A stretch of 64,000 nt of DNA, taken from assembly GCA_000708835.1 (NCBI GenBank), contig DF237023.1:62001-126000 (forward strand), in the 5' to 3' direction. Below, in pieces: positions 36,901 through 50,799 of the stretch. Position numbers and translations under genes: made by a program. The DNA is from Klebsormidium nitens (Eukaryota; Plantae; Klebsormidiophyceae). Below the pieces are notes generated by a model that was given only the letters and a program-made list of their open reading frames with translations, had not been told where the DNA came from and searched no databases. Numbering within the stretch: the stretch's first letter is position 1; every line of letters begins with the position of its first letter.

Positions 36901-39900
36901 GTCCCAATCACCAGCCAACTCAAGCTTAAAATACTGACTTCGATAACAAGACATCGCGTTAAAAAGGTCAAAAGGCTGGGGACAGAAAAAAGGGGACGGA
37001 ACGCAGACTTGAGCGCGGGTCAAGCTAATCCACCTGCGAGGCGAGGTCCTTGAGCTGGCGCAGCGCCTGGGGCGACTTGTCCAGAAAGTCGACGGCGCCG
37101 TCCAAGCCCACGCGGACGTCCACTTGCGGCAATTGCAGCTCCGTCACGTTCACGATCTGTTCAAGGAAGATACTTCCATGAGAATTTTGGATTTGGAACT
37201 CTTGGATTCCCCAAAGTTCGGCGGGGAAACCGAAATGAACACATGACCTCATAGAAGGTCGTCGAGAAGACGAAACGCGATCCAACAATTCCCAGTTTCT
37301 GCTTGGGCAGCCGTCTTTGCCCGATCTCTCCAGGTCGTAGCAGATCTCAGACTACTGAATTCTAGAGAAGCAGCAGTAGCGGGGAGTTGGTTTGTCGACG
37401 TTGAAATGCTTCCACCAACGGGCCAAATAACATCGAACCATATTTGGCTCAACCTTTCGCCAGCACAACAAAAGCAGGTCTGACAACGAAGCAACCAAAG
37501 CCTCCGGGCCTCTTTGCAGCACTCAGCAAAAACAACTTTGAACGTTTGGGACGGGAATGCCATTTCCAACAGATCATCCTCACGACACTTGTGCAGGCCC
37601 GTTGTCCGTCCCATCCACTCTGACATCAGGCTTACGTCACACACACGGAAAAGCCCACCCACCTTCATGTTGAGCGTCAGCTTCCTCTCGTTGACGTCCG
37701 CCAGGTGCGTCGCCTCCAGGAAGCACGGGTCGCTGCTCCCTGACAGTGTTTTGGCTGCGCTAACCGGGCGGATTGTCCTTCCCCCGGTCACTGCCAGGGC
37801 GAGTTCGCTAGGGGCCGGCCGCCACAGTTCTTGCACCGCGGTCTTGACGAGGGACTCCAGTTTGCGGTCCTGTGCGGACGCGGGCTCGTTGTACTGGACG
37901 GAGAGTTTCTGGTGTCCGAAGGGGTACTCGCCGGTGCCGCGCACCCAGCCGGTCCATCTGCTGACGGGAGACGTGTCCAGATGAATCATCCGACGTTGAG
38001 GACTCAGAATGAACATATTCGAGTATTGGGTTCCCTGGTTGATGGTCATCGGGAGGTCATCGTGAGATCCAAACGGCAAGATACCTGTACATAAGAGGTT
38101 GGCCACCTATCCGGGACCGTCGGATGCAGGAATTATGGAGCAGTAAAAAGGTCTCGGAAATACGGACATCTTGTTCGATTTCAAAGTAGATACCAGGCAA
38201 GCCTGGACGATGCAACTATCCCAAGTACAAAGAGAGTCAACTTTTTCAAAAGGAGACAATAAGAGGACCGCTTTTCTTAGAAAGATCCTCACAAATCGAG
38301 CCCCTCATCAGGGACGCAGATGCCTTTTTGACAGTTTTCAAGCGCCCTCTTCTTCGAGCCGGTACTGCTTCACAATCACCATAATGCAACTTCCTCCATT
38401 AGCAACGTGTATTTCTGTGATTATGGGGACAGTTTTCCGCCACAACGAGCCCCCCACCTCGAGAGCGGCTTCTCCTGGATGTACTTGAGCACGTTGACCA
38501 CGAGCCGGCACTGGTTCTTGTTCACCGTATCCGCCAGACTGCTGCCCCGGAAGTTTTCCAGGTCGAGAACTAGAAGCGCGGCCGCACGGGCGTTCCTTGC
38601 GCCGAGGTGTTGTGCGCAGAGCAGCAGAGCTTGCACGTCCTGCCAGAAGAAACGCAAAGAAAACTGTTTAGGCAATTTTATTGTTGTTTGCTGACGGGAT
38701 CGGGATGGTCGGGGGCCTGCTTGGAATGAGTGGGAGAGTCTGTTGCATCTGCGAACTGGTCGAAACAGGAAGTCTCATAATGTATAGCAAAGGGTTTTCT
38801 TGGGTTTGGGGCTTCGTCGTCTCAGCCGACATCATCTTGCGTGCCGACAGGCATTTCGAGTTTTTCAAAACTTGGCAGGAAGAAGCTTCTCGGGGCTTCG
38901 ACCGACATCAGTTTTCCGATGCGAGAACGGCACGCACTTCGACTTTCGAAACGCGTAGTCCCCGCTTCACGCATTCGAGGCTGGTTTGCGTTATCGAATC
39001 GATGCTGACTTAGTCGGAAAGTGTAAGTGCATTTGTCCCCACATCCAGGTTCCACAAACTAGAAAATAAACGGAGAAAGTTACACGGGATTCCCTACCTG
39101 CAGCCGGTTGGTCACGAGCGCCGTCCCCGAGTCGACGTTGAAGAGCAGCTCGTGCAGGTTGAAGATCAGAATGTTGACCGGGTCCGTCGGGTCATCCGCT
39201 AACAACGGGTTTAACCCGTCCAGGTTAAGGTGCTCGCACAGCGCCCACAGCAAGCGCACGCGCATGCGCCGCGTCGCGACATCTTTGAGATCCAAGAGGA
39301 GCTGCCTCTGGAGAACTTGGAGGCGCTGTTCCGCCAGGATCTGTTCGGACGTCGCGCCGTCTTTCGCGGACTTGACGCCCGCGGACGTTTCGTACAGGTG
39401 GCAGAGCCGGACGAGGAGGCGCAGATACGAGTCCTACGACAGGCAGCAGATTTCGGTGTCCCGGTTCAGGTTTAGTAAGCTCTAGACATAGTAAGCTCCT
39501 ACCCTGACAATCAAAACCGAACCCTCAAAAGCTCCCCACCCGCACCACCCTAAACCCCCAAAGTAACCCCACCCGTCCCAGGCTGGGTAGCTTACTATAC
39601 CTAAATTGAAATCTTACAAGTTCTGGGTGTTCAGTTCCTGAGCGTTGCTTTTCGTAGAGTCCCGGAAGCTCGCCGCCCTTTGAAGCAACCAGAAAATCCG
39701 ACCCAGACTTATTAACTTTTGTACGAGATTTCGCAGTGGACGACTTGAAAAGTTGGCAGCGTTCGGATACTTCAAAAGGGAGTAGAACCAAGGCGAAGTC
39801 AAAAGCGATCCAAAAACTAAGAATGTTGAAACTATAGACTATGACTATTTAGACGCTTGAGAAGCTTGAAAACGAGAATAATCCTGACACTGTAAAAAGG

Positions 39901-42587
39901 TTGCGCAAATCAGGGAGATCCGCTGTGCAGCCTAGTATGGATTCCTTCCTAGAAAAGAGGTTATGGCCCTCGCTATGGTATTCAAGGCTCAAGATCAACA
40001 CGCAAGTTGCGACGGTGGCCCTTCTGCACGAACATGCAGCTTTGTGTACTGGGACTTCGACGATTCGAAACTATTGAAATTGCTCTCAGAGGCCCAAAAA
40101 CAGCCCTCACCATGGCATACGTGCGTTGATTGCAGTCCCACTTGATGCACGGCCGGCAGACTTCAACGACCCCTAGCGCGGCGTGCGTCCAGCCCATGGC
40201 CTCGTGTGATGTTGCGAGCGCAAGCGAACCCAGCACGCGGTTCCCAGACGTGCTCGCCTCCGGCAACGGCTGTGACAGCTGGGGAAGAAGCCCAAAAAGA
40301 TGTTCAAGAAATCTATACGGAAATAGTGCGAAAAATTCTGGAGCACGGAGCATGTGCTGAGTGGTGATCGAATCAAAGCTCGGAATCCGTTTGCCGGAAC
40401 TGCGAGGCATTTTTTAAAGGTTCGTTTCCGGCAGTCAAAGAAAGAAAGAGCTCATCTCGTTGCTCCCTGATGGCCTACTTAAGAGACTCTACATTGTTCG
40501 CAAGATGTTCCGACAGCCTACCTGGAAGCAGCTCTCAACCAAGCACGCAACGAGCTCCTCCCGAAAGAGCCCGCTGCTAGTTACTGCCGACAGCTCCTCC
40601 CGCGTCTTGGCGTCTTCGAAGAGGGACGAAACGTCGGTGCCCGGGAGCGGCTTTTGACCACGGCGGACGGATCCTTTGGCGAAAAGATCGACGGCAAGAG
40701 CGGTGCGGCAGACGCGCGCGAGGGCGTGCATACGGTCGGCCTCGACACGCAAATTGCGCACCATCAGAAGGAGGCGCTTGAAGAGGGCGACCTGCGGGGC
40801 AGAAACACGGGGTTCAGGTCGCCAAATACGATCGTGAGGAACTCCATGACGAGGCCGTCCGTGAACTGATCGAAAGGAGGAGCACGCGTTCAAGAAGATT
40901 GGTCGAGCAAGAAACCAGGTCGAAAGGGCAGACTGGTTAGGTCGCCATGATGTTCTGAGAGAAACAAGTAGAAAGCGGAAATGTGGTGTTGCAGAAGATC
41001 CGTGATGAAAAAGCAAGTTGAAGTTCAAGTTCAAGGAAAGACACATGTTCGTGGCATAGAGGGAAAGGAGAATGGTTATGTCGATCAAATCGGATAATCC
41101 AAAACATGTGAGGGGCTTGGACTGGCGATTGGATTGGTTAAATGTAGCACTAACATCAAACACACCTCCGGTGATGGCGCCTTTTTAATTGTCTTGAGCC
41201 CCAAAAGAGATTCCGCTTCTGAAGGCCCTTCCCCAGGTCTTGTTTAACAGATGCTTCCAATCTTCCAAACAAGACCTTCTCTCCAGAAAATAACGCCAGC
41301 ACTCAGACCAGTTGAATTGTCCCTTTTATACAATATAGATTGCAGTAGGGGACGACTTGACTGGACTGCCGTCTCACCATTTTACTTGCAGGGACCGTCC
41401 AGTTTTCAGCAAAATTTCTAAGAGAAACTAGAAGCCGAACCTTTTGAGCTCCTCACCTGCAGGTGCAAGTCCAGCAGCTGTATGTTGGACGCCACTGCGC
41501 GCACCAGCGCCTCCCTCCCCGCACCATACTCCTGACGATCCCACAGCGCTAGAAACGCCGTGATCGGAGCTGCCGCCCACTCCGCTTTCCCCCCGGGCAC
41601 CCCCGCCAATGCCAACATGTTGATCCCAACCTCGTAAACCAACGCAGGGTCCAGAGAGTTCAAGTACGGCGCCAGGTGGCTGACGATGTCAGCGATCCCC
41701 AGGGCGTTCTCTGCGTCGCTGTCGGCTCTGGGAGCGGTGCTGACATCAGAGGAGGCCTGCATTCCGGCGAGGGCGCGCATTTCTTCCAAGAGGCCGGTGA
41801 CGCGCGCGCGGGCAGCGAAGACGAGGGGGAGGACGGTGTAGCGGAGGCTCTCGAAGGGGAGGAGCGCGGCGCGGGCCATGAGCAGATCGCGGCGGGCCCA
41901 CACGAGGTCGACGAGCGTCATCACAAACTGACATCGGACGGCCACTGAGGCCTCCCCCGGAATGAGTTTGTCCCCCGCCAATCGGCTCAAGCGCTTGCCG
42001 GAGAACTCTGCGAACAAGTGTCCGACCGCCTCGAATGCCGCCCTGCAGACCTGGTTTGAGGAGTCAAGCATCGACTGGCCAATTTGCTTGTACCAAGCGT
42101 TGACGCGGTCTAGGAGATTGCCCGAGGTTGAGCAGAGCAGAATGACATCGTCCCGCGCAAGGAGGCACCCGAGCGCCTCCAGAACCGCCTGGCGCACGTT
42201 AGGATTTGGGTCGATGATGCACGCGGTGATCTCCTTGTTGTGGTCAAGGATGAACTTGCCAATTCTCCAGCTTGGGATTGCAGTCAGAAATGCAGCCGCA
42301 GTAGCTGTGACATCTCTATCGTGGTATTCTAAATCGTTTGCCACCCCCCGGCAGACACCCTCCCACTGCTCCGCCGTCAATCGCGTGCTGCGAATGACAT
42401 CGTAAGCGAGCTTCTTGGTGACGGGGCCGGCAGGAGCTCGCACAATCTCGTCGCAGACTTTCTTCCCCAAGGAGGAGATGTCGGTTCCAGAAGCAGAGTA
42501 CTGCAAAGCGATAGCAAGAGCCTGCATCTGTTTGGCGGCATCGCCAGAGGCGATGTCACCCCGCAACTGTGCCAAAACGACGTCCAT
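33953..42587 (-). CDS. TPLATE: TPLATE, large adaptin-like subunit of the TPLATE/TSET endocytic complex
   Basis: Exons on minus: 42587-41457, 40791-40522, 40278-40111, 39433-39098, 38639-38458, 37957-37663, 37156-37034, 36411-36165, 35664-35438, 34780-34607, 34210-33953. Recognised segments: MDVVLAQLRGDI, KKLAYDVIRSTRLT, RGQKPLPGTDVSSLFED, EVCRPCIKWDC, QDRKLE..ELWRP, SGSSDPCFLEA, PVDFFRLWPTLP, WFDDLTDG, AVLQEWH. Confidence 0.95.
35201..35262 (-). repeat. Intronic copy of the last 55 nt and donor of TPLATE exon 9, 231 bp downstream
   Basis: 46/55 identical with no indel (35207-35261 versus 35438-35492). It reads KPLACVCSHVIWTTHGFQ|GTGCGC versus real KPLARVCSHIIRTTQGFQ|GTGGGG. Confidence 0.9.
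35728..35834 (-). repeat. Intronic copy of the acceptor and first ~100 nt of TPLATE exon 9, 167 bp upstream
   Basis: The copy reads PVNFFRLWPTLSAMTDFTYAYDYEST versus real PVDFFRLWPTLPAMADFTCAYEYDPT. CAG is kept at 35832-35834, and a 2-nt deletion near the start shifts the frame. Confidence 0.9.
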
Positions 42588-43753
42588 CCTGGAGAGGTTT
42601 TAATCCATGCAAAAGATTGAGCGGGCGGGATTTCAACCGCTACGGCTCAGATGGATCCCTGATTGTGGGGAAAATTCCATAGGAGAGGCTGCAATTGACT
42701 CCAATTCCCCCCTGGACCTTGGTTGTGCAACTCAAAGGGGAGAGCTCCGCCAGTCCCCCTTTTCGTTCACGTTAGGACTAGCGCTGCCTGCCTTTCCGTT
42801 CAGAATTGCATACAAATCAGTCAGTGCATTTATCCCAGGCATGCACAGGTATAGGCCGTATTCAATAAGGTACGTGCTTATAGCTCATGCGCGATGGCGG
42901 CCGCGCAGCCACGATGACGTCCCTTGAAGGTCAGGGTGGGTCTCTGGAAGGTCCTGCTTTGTTCCTCTGCGGGCAAAGCTCTTACTCTGCCAAATGCAAC
43001 CCCTCTTCTTGGTTTCTCACGTGAAAGCTTCCAGCGTCCTCGAAGAGGATGGCTCCAGGCTGCAACGGCTTTTCTTGTACAGTGGGTTTTGCGGGCCGCA
43101 AACTTTTGCGTTTACGGGATATTTCAAGCACTCCTACAACCCAGATTCGACTGTGACCCTACTGCAGGGGTCGCGTCACTTCAACCCAGAAGCGCGCGAA
43201 ATTTGCATGCGCACCGTCCCCAGCTGACACCCAGGTACGTACCGATGCTTCGACTCGCAGCCTTCATCGCACCGGTGCCTTGGTATGCCTAGTGTAATGC
43301 TGGCCACCTGTCCGCCACATGCCTAGGTAACCGAGTTTTCAAAGTGTCAACCGTAACCCTTGTAGTAATTCCGGAAGGGGCAAAAGAACGGCCTTGGGGT
43401 TCTGAACGATTTCCTCAGTATGCTAACCCATTACTCCGGTACGTACCTTTCGAACTGAAGCCTCGGACTGTTCAACGGAGTTTGCAGCTGAGCACAGAAT
43501 CGACTCCGGTTTGACATGAGCAAATGGTGCCGCAGCTCATGGCAGGAAGAACATGGGCGGCAACAAGGTTTGCTAGAGACGATAGGGAGCCGGGAAGAGT
43601 GACTGGATAAGATGCAAGAAGGAGCTTTGTGCAGCTGACCCCATAGCATTGGATTGCTTCGATTGGAAGATAACGGGAACGGGGGTAATGATGACAGAGT
43701 TCGGCTGGGCCAGGAACAGCGCGTTGCACTCCCTGGGCCACTGAGCTCTACCG

Positions 43754-46700
43754 ATGTGTTCCGGACTTCTGCAGCCCTCTGAATCCTCCTCCCACGGCCC
43801 TGCCATGACCATAAGGCCGGGGCTGCACCACATGAACGGCACCTCTGGAGCGGTGCAGGCGCCGCCGCCGGACCATTTCTGTCAGGGTCATGATACCCCA
43901 CAGTTTGGGGCGCAGATTTCGCACACTGCAGGTCCAAATGTTGAGCAGAGCAAGATGGATAGCCAGCGGATTGTGGACGCAATGTTGGTGCAGGAAAGGC
44001 AGGCGTATGCACAGGAAGGGGAGGGGGCTGCTGCCTGTAGTACAGACCAGTTTGCAAGAGCAGATTTTAGGGGGGCGTCTGCACGGGGGGAAGGCAACGG
44101 TAACTCTGCTGGGGGTGCAGATGCAGCAGGGAATAAAAGGGGGGGAGATGTAGCGGAGACGGAGGCAAGGCAGCAGATGGTGGGGCTGGTAGAAGAACTC
44201 AAAAGGTAAGCTCAGCTTTGGGAAGCTGCAGAAAGATGCAGATGTGTGTTCAGGCGTCGCAATTTTCAGTGCAGGTGAAGAGCAGATGGGTTAGCTTGAT
44301 GCTGAACATCTCTCTATTGTTCATATCTGAATATGTAGATGTATGTAATATCTGATTCAAATCACAACTTGGTGGGGCCCGGGGGTTTCTATTTTCTCAG
44401 ATGGCCACATTCACTTCGCATGCTCCGTGCAGGATGGATGATTTGGCCTGCTTCATCGAGCCCGTAGACGATTCATTTGCGCCTGGATATTCAAAGATCA
44501 TCCTGCGGCCAATGAGTTTCTCGGTGATGTTGAAGAAGGCCAAGAACGGGGAGTACTCACTCATAAAGGATCTGCTGGTGAGCTTGTTTTCCATGTACCC
44601 GTATCGAGCTTGTAACTTGGTTGATGGAGAGGCAGTCTTTTTGCTTGCCTCAGCACATTGTCTCATTGGATCATCAATCCATTGCAGGCAGTTGCCATGG
44701 AGATTCAGCGAGAGAGACCTTCACGGAGTAGTTCGCCAGGATACACTGAATGTTTTGTTGCCAATCGTTCTGCAGGAGGACTTTGAGCTTATCTGCTTCA
44801 ATGCAATGAAGTACAATGCAAAGCGATCGAAGATCTACAACGCCGCAAACACGCTGCTTAGGAAAGGCAAGAAGCACATTCGAGCATTCACCGTAGTGCA
44901 CAGACCGGCAGAACTAGAACGAAAGTCGGACAAGCGTGCCGTTGATACCCAACCAGCCTCAAAGGTGAAAACACGGCGCGAGTTGGCAAAGTCGGCCGAG
45001 GAACAAGTGGAACGCCCAAGATCGAAGCAAGGGGAAATTGACGTAGTTGGGGAAGCTGGTGGAGCCGAGTTTAGGCAGGAGGATCGGTACGAGGGATCGA
45101 CGGACTGCTCGAGCTCGTACGCAGAGACAGCCAGCGATTCAGAGGAAGAGTGGGGTTACGACCCCGAGGTCTCAAGCAGGCTTCGGGCTGATGATAGAGA
45201 CGCAGAAGGGAGGTACGAAATTCGCCGTTTCTATCTTTGGAGCGGCGAGAGGTGTCCAATTGCCTTTTGATAACGGACAACTTCTAGCTGCATGCATCAA
45301 GAGGTTACCGTTTGCAAGGGTTTCACAGTTGATTGCGTTTGATTCTTCAAGATGGATATCGGATCTCAGCAATGAGCTTTCGCGTTTCGTCACATTCTGT
45401 GCAAGGCCGTTGGTCCGGGTGCTGTTAAACAAGTGGACTGTGGTATTTTGCATTATCTCGAATGTGACATCGGCCGCAACTAGGCTGCATCATTCAGTGC
45501 TGGCAAGCAGTTGGTCTTTTGATTGTGTATCTTGGCAAGCACTTGCCTTAGCCTTTGAACACATTGGATCCATAACCTGCTGGGTCTCTCGGCCCTCACC
45601 TTCTGCAGATCGTAGACGGCTGAGCTAGGTCTGATCCCATTGCCGCGTGGTTCTAATTCCGCTCGGCCTTGTTGGGAGGGCTTTGATTTGAGGCCCTTTC
45701 GTCGGTGTCGGCAAGCCCCTGAACCAGCTCCCATCAACCGACAATTTTTCTTTCCACCATGAAAGGAATGCAGGGCACTTGCTCACTGGCTTTGGCTGCT
45801 CTCCTGGCAGGGAGAAGCGTTCGCTCCATCCCGAGTGGAAGAAGCAGCGGAGGGGGATTGAGTGGCGCGCTAGGTGGCTAGAGATGCGCATGGTCGACAT
45901 CCAGGAGAAGGCAGACCGGTACAGCCACCTCGCACGGTATGCTGCGCACCCGGAATTTGAGTAAATTCAGATGCAGAGTTTCTTTGGTAGTGAATGTGGT
46001 CTCATTGCTTCCTTTGGTCTGACTTGAGTCACATCCTAGTGATGTGCATCTTGCAAAAGATTTGTCTGGTTGCCTCCCCGGATGGATCTGCTGAGCTCGA
46101 TGATTTTGAAGCACGTCTTGCTGTTGACCATGTTGCTGCTTGTCTTTTGGCGACGGAGTGCCTTTACCCTTTATGTCATGGCATACCTTTGAGCGAACAC
46201 ACTTTGTACTCGTCAGGGTCAGAGCTTGCTAGCAGGTGGTTCAAGCTTGAGCGCAAAGTGCTTCAGAATGCTTAGATTCTCGCCATGAGCTCTGGTACTG
46301 CCCCAATTCCAACGCGTTACCGCAGCCATCCACTTGGCAGCTCCTGGAACAGCATGCTGCGCCCTACAGCGAACATGTTTCCCTGGAGTCTCGAGGCAAG
46401 ACATAATTTGCTCGTCCCCGCATAGGTGCAACTTTGAAATCACTGAATTGCCCTGATGCAGGCAACTGAAGTCCCGTCAGCATACGCACGCGCTCCACCC
46501 AGCCGGTCAGAAGCAACTACCACCACCCTCCTCCCAACAACCGTCTCTTCCAACAACGTCTCCGGCCGCATTTCCAAGCCCCCAGGTCCCAAGCCCTCAG
46601 CTTTTGGAGGCGCCGCCAGCATTGCCCCAAGCTGTGGACCATGCTGCAATGCCCCCAGGTCACGCAGCACCCACCGCTTCTGCTCCCAGGCCAGCTGAGC

Positions 46701-49700
46701 CTTCCCAGATGCAAACTGCGCAAGAAAGCCAAACAGCAGGGGCGACTCCGGAAGTGCCAGGCGTCGCTGCTCCATCGCAACAAGTGGCGCCTGTTGCTCA
46801 AACCCTGGGGCAGGGTGCCGCCAAGGCGTTGGCACCTAGCAGCCTTACAGTGGCCCATGTCCAGGCGCCAGGTGGCGCTTCGCCTTCGGATGTCCAGGCG
46901 CCAGCTGGCGAGACGGGTCGACAGTTGGCGCCTGCGTCGGCGCCAGCTGTCAGCATCCCGGTTCGGAAGGGCACGAGCACAGCAGCCAGAGTCGATCTCG
47001 AGGCTGTCCAGTTACCGAAGGATGACGAAGGGGCCCCAAGCGCTTTGCCGGGTGAGACGCTTGTGGGGCGCGTGAAGCAGTCGCTGCGGCACCACAGGAA
47101 GCGGAAGAAGGTGGAGGACGAGCCGTTGACGGAGCAATTCATGGCGCAGCACCCCCTGCTCTCCAGATACGGTGAGCAGTTCGTGTTTTGTTGCTCAGGT
47201 GTGGATTGTTTTGATTTTGGTTGTGTGCTCGGGTGGGGACCTGCTTTGGATGCAGCTGCAATCACCTTGCCCGCAATCTTCGAAGATTTTTGCAGGGGTT
47301 GTCTGACACCATCTGCAAGTGACCCGCTGGGTGCTACCAACAAGGTTCCCTCTTGTTTTTTGCCTCGATCTTTTTCGAGAGTCATCAATACCGTTGCTGC
47401 TCGGTTTTCATGAAGCAATCACTTGACCGAGCATCTAAAGCCAATTTATAGTGGCGCTAATCTGGGCAAGCTTTTTTGCCCGTCCACATCTTATGCATAG
47501 ATACTGCTTTGGAACAGTTGCAAGCTTACACATTTGTGTTTGACAATAAGAACAAAGATCAGTCCCCGTTTTGTGCAAATCAAGCGGAAAGAAGAGCATG
47601 TTTGTTGCCTCTGCAGATAAAGCTTCTCGAAAGAGGCCACGGATGCCAGGAGACGACACCGTCAGCATGGCAGGTTGGTGGTTCGCCGAGAGCCTCCAGG
47701 TTTTTGTATTGGACCGTGAGCACGAGTTTGTACTGTGATTGCATTGCAGTTCAACTGGCGGAATTTGCTACCCTTGAATGCGAAGTACTCTCGTGTTGCT
47801 CGCTCTGACGAGTGGGCGTTGCTGCCTTACTTTGTAGGCTGTTTCCCATTTGCTTCGTTGCAAGTTCCAATCCTCTTTTTGACCCATTTCGGCCGCTGTT
47901 CCCTCCTGAAATGTCAAGTGCTGGATCGACTGCAGCAGACGGTCACCTGTGTGGTTGCTCTCTTGGTCGCTCTTTCCGGTTCCTTGTTTGCTCTTTGATG
48001 AAAGACTGACGAAGCGGCTTGATTGCAGATGTCGATCTTCGCTCCATGTCCCCTGGCATCGAGGCCCCCCCCGAGCGCGCCCCCCGCCCCTACCTGCCCC
48101 CCCTCCCGACGGTCCTCGAAGATGAGCCGATGGACTGCCTCCTGGAAAAGATCGAAGCGCTCCAACAACGTCTCCACGTTCTCCGCTCCCAACTCCACTA
48201 CAGCGCCGCCAACCGCGCCGCCCCCCCTCGGCGGCCCCCCGCCCAGACCCCCCGTCCCTTGGGCCAAAACCCTGCCGTCGTACCCCCCCGGCAGTTCGTT
48301 TCCCCACGGCCGTCTCCGACCCCCTCGCCACGAAATGCACCTTCCCCTTCCCCCGGGGCGCGGAGCATGATGTCGCCCTCCCCCTCGGGGAGCCCGAAAG
48401 CCGAGGCGCTCGAGCGCACGCGGAGCTTGATGAACGTTTCTGGGGGGGTGGGGGCGATCCAGCGGTCGGGGTCGGGCGCGGCGCTGGTGCCCGGGCGGAG
48501 GCGGACGGCGGACTATGACATCAGCAACGTGGTGTCGTCGGTGTCGGTGGGGCGCAAGACGGTGGAGCAGCTGCAGCACACCAAGATCGAGACGCCGCGC
48601 TGGCGGCTGGTGCAGCAGACGTTCGACGAGCTGGTGGGGGGGGACAGCAGCGAGGAGGTGAGTGCCTTCGGAAGCGAGTCGGAGAACTTGCGATTGTTGC
48701 GTTCCTCGTTTCATTCCTTTTGTTTCGTTTTCTCTGGCTATCAAGGTGTCTCCAGGTTTGCAAGTGGGGGGGAATGGGACACCGAAGGCAGTAGGACAAA
48801 GGAACAAGCTGAGGCCAGGCTAGTGTTGGTTTTAATGTCTCGTTGAGAATCTTTTGATGGGCATTATAGCACTTTGAAAACCAAAATGTCAAAGCGAATT
48901 CAGGCTTTGGGGCTCGGGTATCAAGCCTCAGGTCGCAAATCTTTTTTATCGTCGTAGATCCTGTCCGATCTGATATTCCGGCTTTTTCAGTGGTCGCTGT
49001 GATTGCACTTTCTTCAGCGGGGATTGGGTTGGGCGTTTGAACTCCTGAGGGCAGCGTTAACGTCTCCGACAATGAACGCCTGTCCTTCTTCTGATTTGTT
49101 GGTGCGAATGCTAAGAGGGTTTGAAGCACGACTCTCAGCATAGAATAGAGGATTTTTGCGGGTTATCCCAGAGAGAATCGAACCAGAACTGAAGTCTAAA
49201 CTAGCGGGGGAAAATGTATGGCTTTCGTTCACCAATATTTGCCAACCCCTCACGAATTCCGCTGCGCTGTCTTTGATGCATAGATCGAGTTACTTCGCAA
49301 AGCTGAGTATTTGAGGGTCTCTTCTCTTGAGCCAACGAGTGAGCTTTACAGTATACGGTTGCGACTTACAGGATACGGATGACGATTCCTACGCTCGCCG
49401 GCACGCCCCCCTCGAGGCGCAAGAGAAGCTGCGCTACATGGCCCCCCCCAGCAAGCACCAGGGCTTAGGGAAGCCCACCGGCAAAATAAAGGAGAAGCCC
49501 CGGGGGAAGCCTCAGCAGGACGGGCACACAGAGCTTATATCCCCGAGGCCGCCCGCTTATAAGCGGCGGAAGGCGCAGGGCGGGAAGAACGAGAACGGCG
49601 TCGCCAAGGCGAAGACGAAGGGGGGTGGGCTGCCGCCAGCTGGTGCGAAGGGGAAGGCGCCACCTGGCAAGGTCGCAGAGACGGCGTCTGCTGACGGGTC

Positions 49701-49806
49701 GGATGGGGCCGCCAAGGATGGTGGGGAGGGAAGCGTCAGTCAAGAGGACATACTTAAGCGGAGGGCTTCACCGGGGTTGACGATACAAATTCCAGAGATC
49801 CACTAG
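43754..49806 (+). CDS. Bromodomain protein with a KANSL1-like coiled-coil motif and C-terminal PEHE-like motif; start uncertain
   Basis: Exons (43754)-44205, 44433-44577, 44776-45212, 45811-45960, 46462-47171, 48029-48657, 49372-49806 are phase-compatible. Bromodomain: FIEPVDDSFAPGYSKIILRPMSF...KNGEY..L.EDFELICFNAMKYN...IYNAA. Other motifs: EWRARWLEMRM, and YDISNVV..V....VEQLQHTKIETPRWR...EDTDDDSYARRHAPLEAQEK. The bromodomain call is firm; the PEHE call is by recalled similarity. Confidence 0.8.
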
Positions 49807-50799
49807 GAGGGGGCTGAAATTGCATCGAATTTAACAGTGCAGTCGAAAGCAACTCGCAGTTTTTGTGCAACAGGGTTTCTCCGATCTCGTCGAGATTCTA
49901 TAGAGTGTGACTCAGGGTTGACCTCTCATAGTGAACGGATTCAAGTCAAAAGTTGCTTGTTTCAGGATCGATCACGTATGATGCATTGTGGTCTGTAAGT
50001 TCTCCCTGTTTGGATGCAGTCACTTCTGGGAACTCGGTTAGTTGCTATGCGGAGCTACTGAGCTGCACAATTATTGTTCACAGACCGACCACAAAGCTTG
50101 ATTTGGTGCAAAATGCATATAGCACATGCACAGTGGCCGGCTCATGTCTTCCACGTTCAATCACTGACATGAAAGCAATCGTGCATATATTCTTGTGCAT
50201 GCTGACAGGCAGCAAATGTGAGTGAGTCGATCCGACACTTTTGACTGATCAATATTGGCGTGCATGCATGCCCAACCGGCAATACTGGGCCCATATGATC
50301 AACAATTGAGGTAGTTGCTGGCCAGCCTGACTCTTAGAGCGGTTTACATGATGATGCCGCATGATCGAGAGGCGCGACATGCAATATTAAGGCTAAGTTG
50401 CAAGAACCCAACCGGCTGCATGATTCAAATGTGCACTAGTGCACTCTGAGCCGTGATGCAACAATGCTCTCACAAAACAGGGATACATCATACTTCTGAC
50501 AAACCTGTGAGAATCCACTTCTTTAATGAAACAATGCAGCGGCAAGACTAGAGTCAGGTGTCTTTCTTCAGACGCTCCGCAAAGATCTTCTGGTGAATAC
50601 AATAGATGTTCTGCCCTGCTCGCTGTTCTGTTTGACAAATCGACTCGACTGCTCTGCATTGACACAAGCGAGACTTGCAGTCTCTGTTCGCAACGGCATA
50701 GAATTGCATCGCCGCGAAACACCTAGACCTTCTGAGGCAGTCAAACCAATACTTTTCTATCTGACGTCCAACCCGGATGTCTCGCAATATATCAGTACC

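Noticed and set aside
37249-38106. 285-aa ORF as a separate gene
   Set aside because: It is TPLATE exon 6 (37957-37663) read through open flanking intron sequence.
42588-43753. Head-to-head gene pairs (TPLATE with the bromodomain gene; TPI with UGD at 60301-61356) as co-regulated units
   Set aside because: Divergent spacing of about 1 kb is ordinary in compact algal genomes, and I identified no shared motif.
47914-48807. Long antisense ORFs (also 2884-3465, 46798-47418, 1808-2227, 35167-35577)
   Set aside because: They are shadows of GC3-rich sense exons and have no recognisable protein features.
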